Positions 63,314 through 64,000 of a stretch of DNA of 64,000 bases are shown piece after piece. The stretch's first letter is position 1. The number at the start of each line of letters is the position of its first letter. Below the pieces are notes generated by a model. That model was given only the letters and a program-made list of their open reading frames with translations, ran no database searches and was not told the origin of the DNA. Location of the stretch: positions 9,944 through 73,943 of the forward strand of contig JBKHXN010000044.1 in assembly GCA_046565985.1 (NCBI GenBank), in the 5' to 3' direction. The position numbers and the translations under genes were made by a program. Source of the DNA: Gammaproteobacteria bacterium (GTDB lineage: Bacteria; Pseudomonadota; Gammaproteobacteria; Nevskiales; Nevskiaceae).

Positions 63314-64000
63314 TCAGGCGCCTGCCACCGGCTTCCTGCGCGCGGGCGCACGGCGGCGGGGGCTGGCGGCCTTGGCCTTGCGGGCCTTGGGCGCGGCGGT
63401 CTTGGTCAGGCGCTCCAGTTCTTCCAGCGCCTCCCCCATGTACACGGCCAGACGCTGCATGCGCGGCAGGGTGTTGCGGCAGCCGGTAAAGCCGATGTTG
63501 AACTGCCCGGCGTAGCTCACCACGGTGATGTTCAGCGCCTGCCCGTGCGAGAGCAGGGAGACCGGGTACATCTGCTCCATGCGCGCACCGTTGAAGTACA
63601 GCGGGCGGTCGGGGCCGGGGACGTTGGAGATGGTGACGTTGAACATGGGCCGGCCCTTGCCGCCCAGACCGGTGAGCAGCTGCAGGATGAACGGCGCCAT
63701 GAACAGCATGGTGTAGTTGTCGATGCCGGCCTTGGGCAGCTGCTGCAGGTGCTCCTTGGCGATCTGCGTGGAGCGGCGGATGGCCTGCAGGCGGATCAGC
63801 GGATCGGCGATGTGGGTGTTGAGGTTGGCGATGATGAAGCTGATGGCATTGCCCACCGCCTCGTCGCCCGCCGGGCGCACCGAGACCGGCACGCCGGCGG
63901 TGAGCGGTTTTTCCGGCAGGGCCTGGATCTCCTCCAGGTAGCGGCGCAGGGCGCCGGCGCAGAGGCCCAGGAACACGTCGTTGACCGTCACGTCCGCCGC
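63314..64000 (-). CDS. Wax ester synthase / diacylglycerol acyltransferase (WS/DGAT), 3' part only
   Basis: TVNDVFL, AGVPVSVR, GNAIS, NVTISNVPGP and LNITVVSY. The frame runs off the window end, so the HHxxxDG motif is not visible. Confidence 0.88.
   Translation of the reverse strand, partial: AADVTVNDVFLGLCAGALRRYLEEIQALPEKPLTAGVPVSVRPAGDEAVGNAISFIIANLNTHIADPLIRLQAIRRSTQIAKEHLQQLPKAGIDNYTMLFMAPFILQLLTGLGGKGRPMFNVTISNVPGPDRPLYFNGARMEQMYPVSLLSHGQALNITVVSYAGQFNIGFTGCRNTLPRMQRLAVYMGEALEELERLTKTAAPKARKAKAASPRRRAPARRKPVAGA

Overview
A 64 kb chromosomal segment from a high-GC gammaproteobacterium, probably near the origin because it carries rsmG-parA-parB-atp-glmUS. It is almost entirely housekeeping or metabolic. 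I recognised no prophage, IS, integron, CRISPR array, tRNA or rRNA. From left to right: an assimilatory nitrate/nitrite reduction operon (nirB-nirD-nasC-like-nasA-TSUP); an AEC transporter; glmS-glmU; the complete F1Fo atpIBEFHAGDC operon; parB-parA-rsmG; a DUF853 ATPase; tetR-fadE; a co-oriented peptide and lipid scavenging run (POT transporter, ACE-like M2 peptidase, DUF885, cNMP-patatin, prolyl oligopeptidase); plsB; an FKBP; DUF4124, DUF3080 and DUF1329 genes; an RLAN-RimK ATP-grasp ligase plus GNAT; a GT2; a fatty acid desaturase; trmL; rhodanese-grxC-secB-gpsA; envC-ctpA; ubiE-ubiJ-ubiB; hslV-hslU-DUF971; dapF-DUF484-xerC; a GFA protein; a haloalkane dehalogenase; an orphan ParM/StbA-like actin; and a partial WS/DGAT. 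The best leads are: the orphan actin-like gene with no parR or parC; a 114-bp tandem duplication of the gpsA start that creates a coupled 46-aa upstream ORF; a duplicated 76-bp triple-hairpin element; five genes with a -10 box 6-7 nt before the ATG (candidate leaderless mRNAs); twin TetR operators; the RLAN-RimK/GNAT pair; and a Cys-rich lipoprotein between xerC and hslV. All family assignments come from motif recognition by eye, and no database searches were run.
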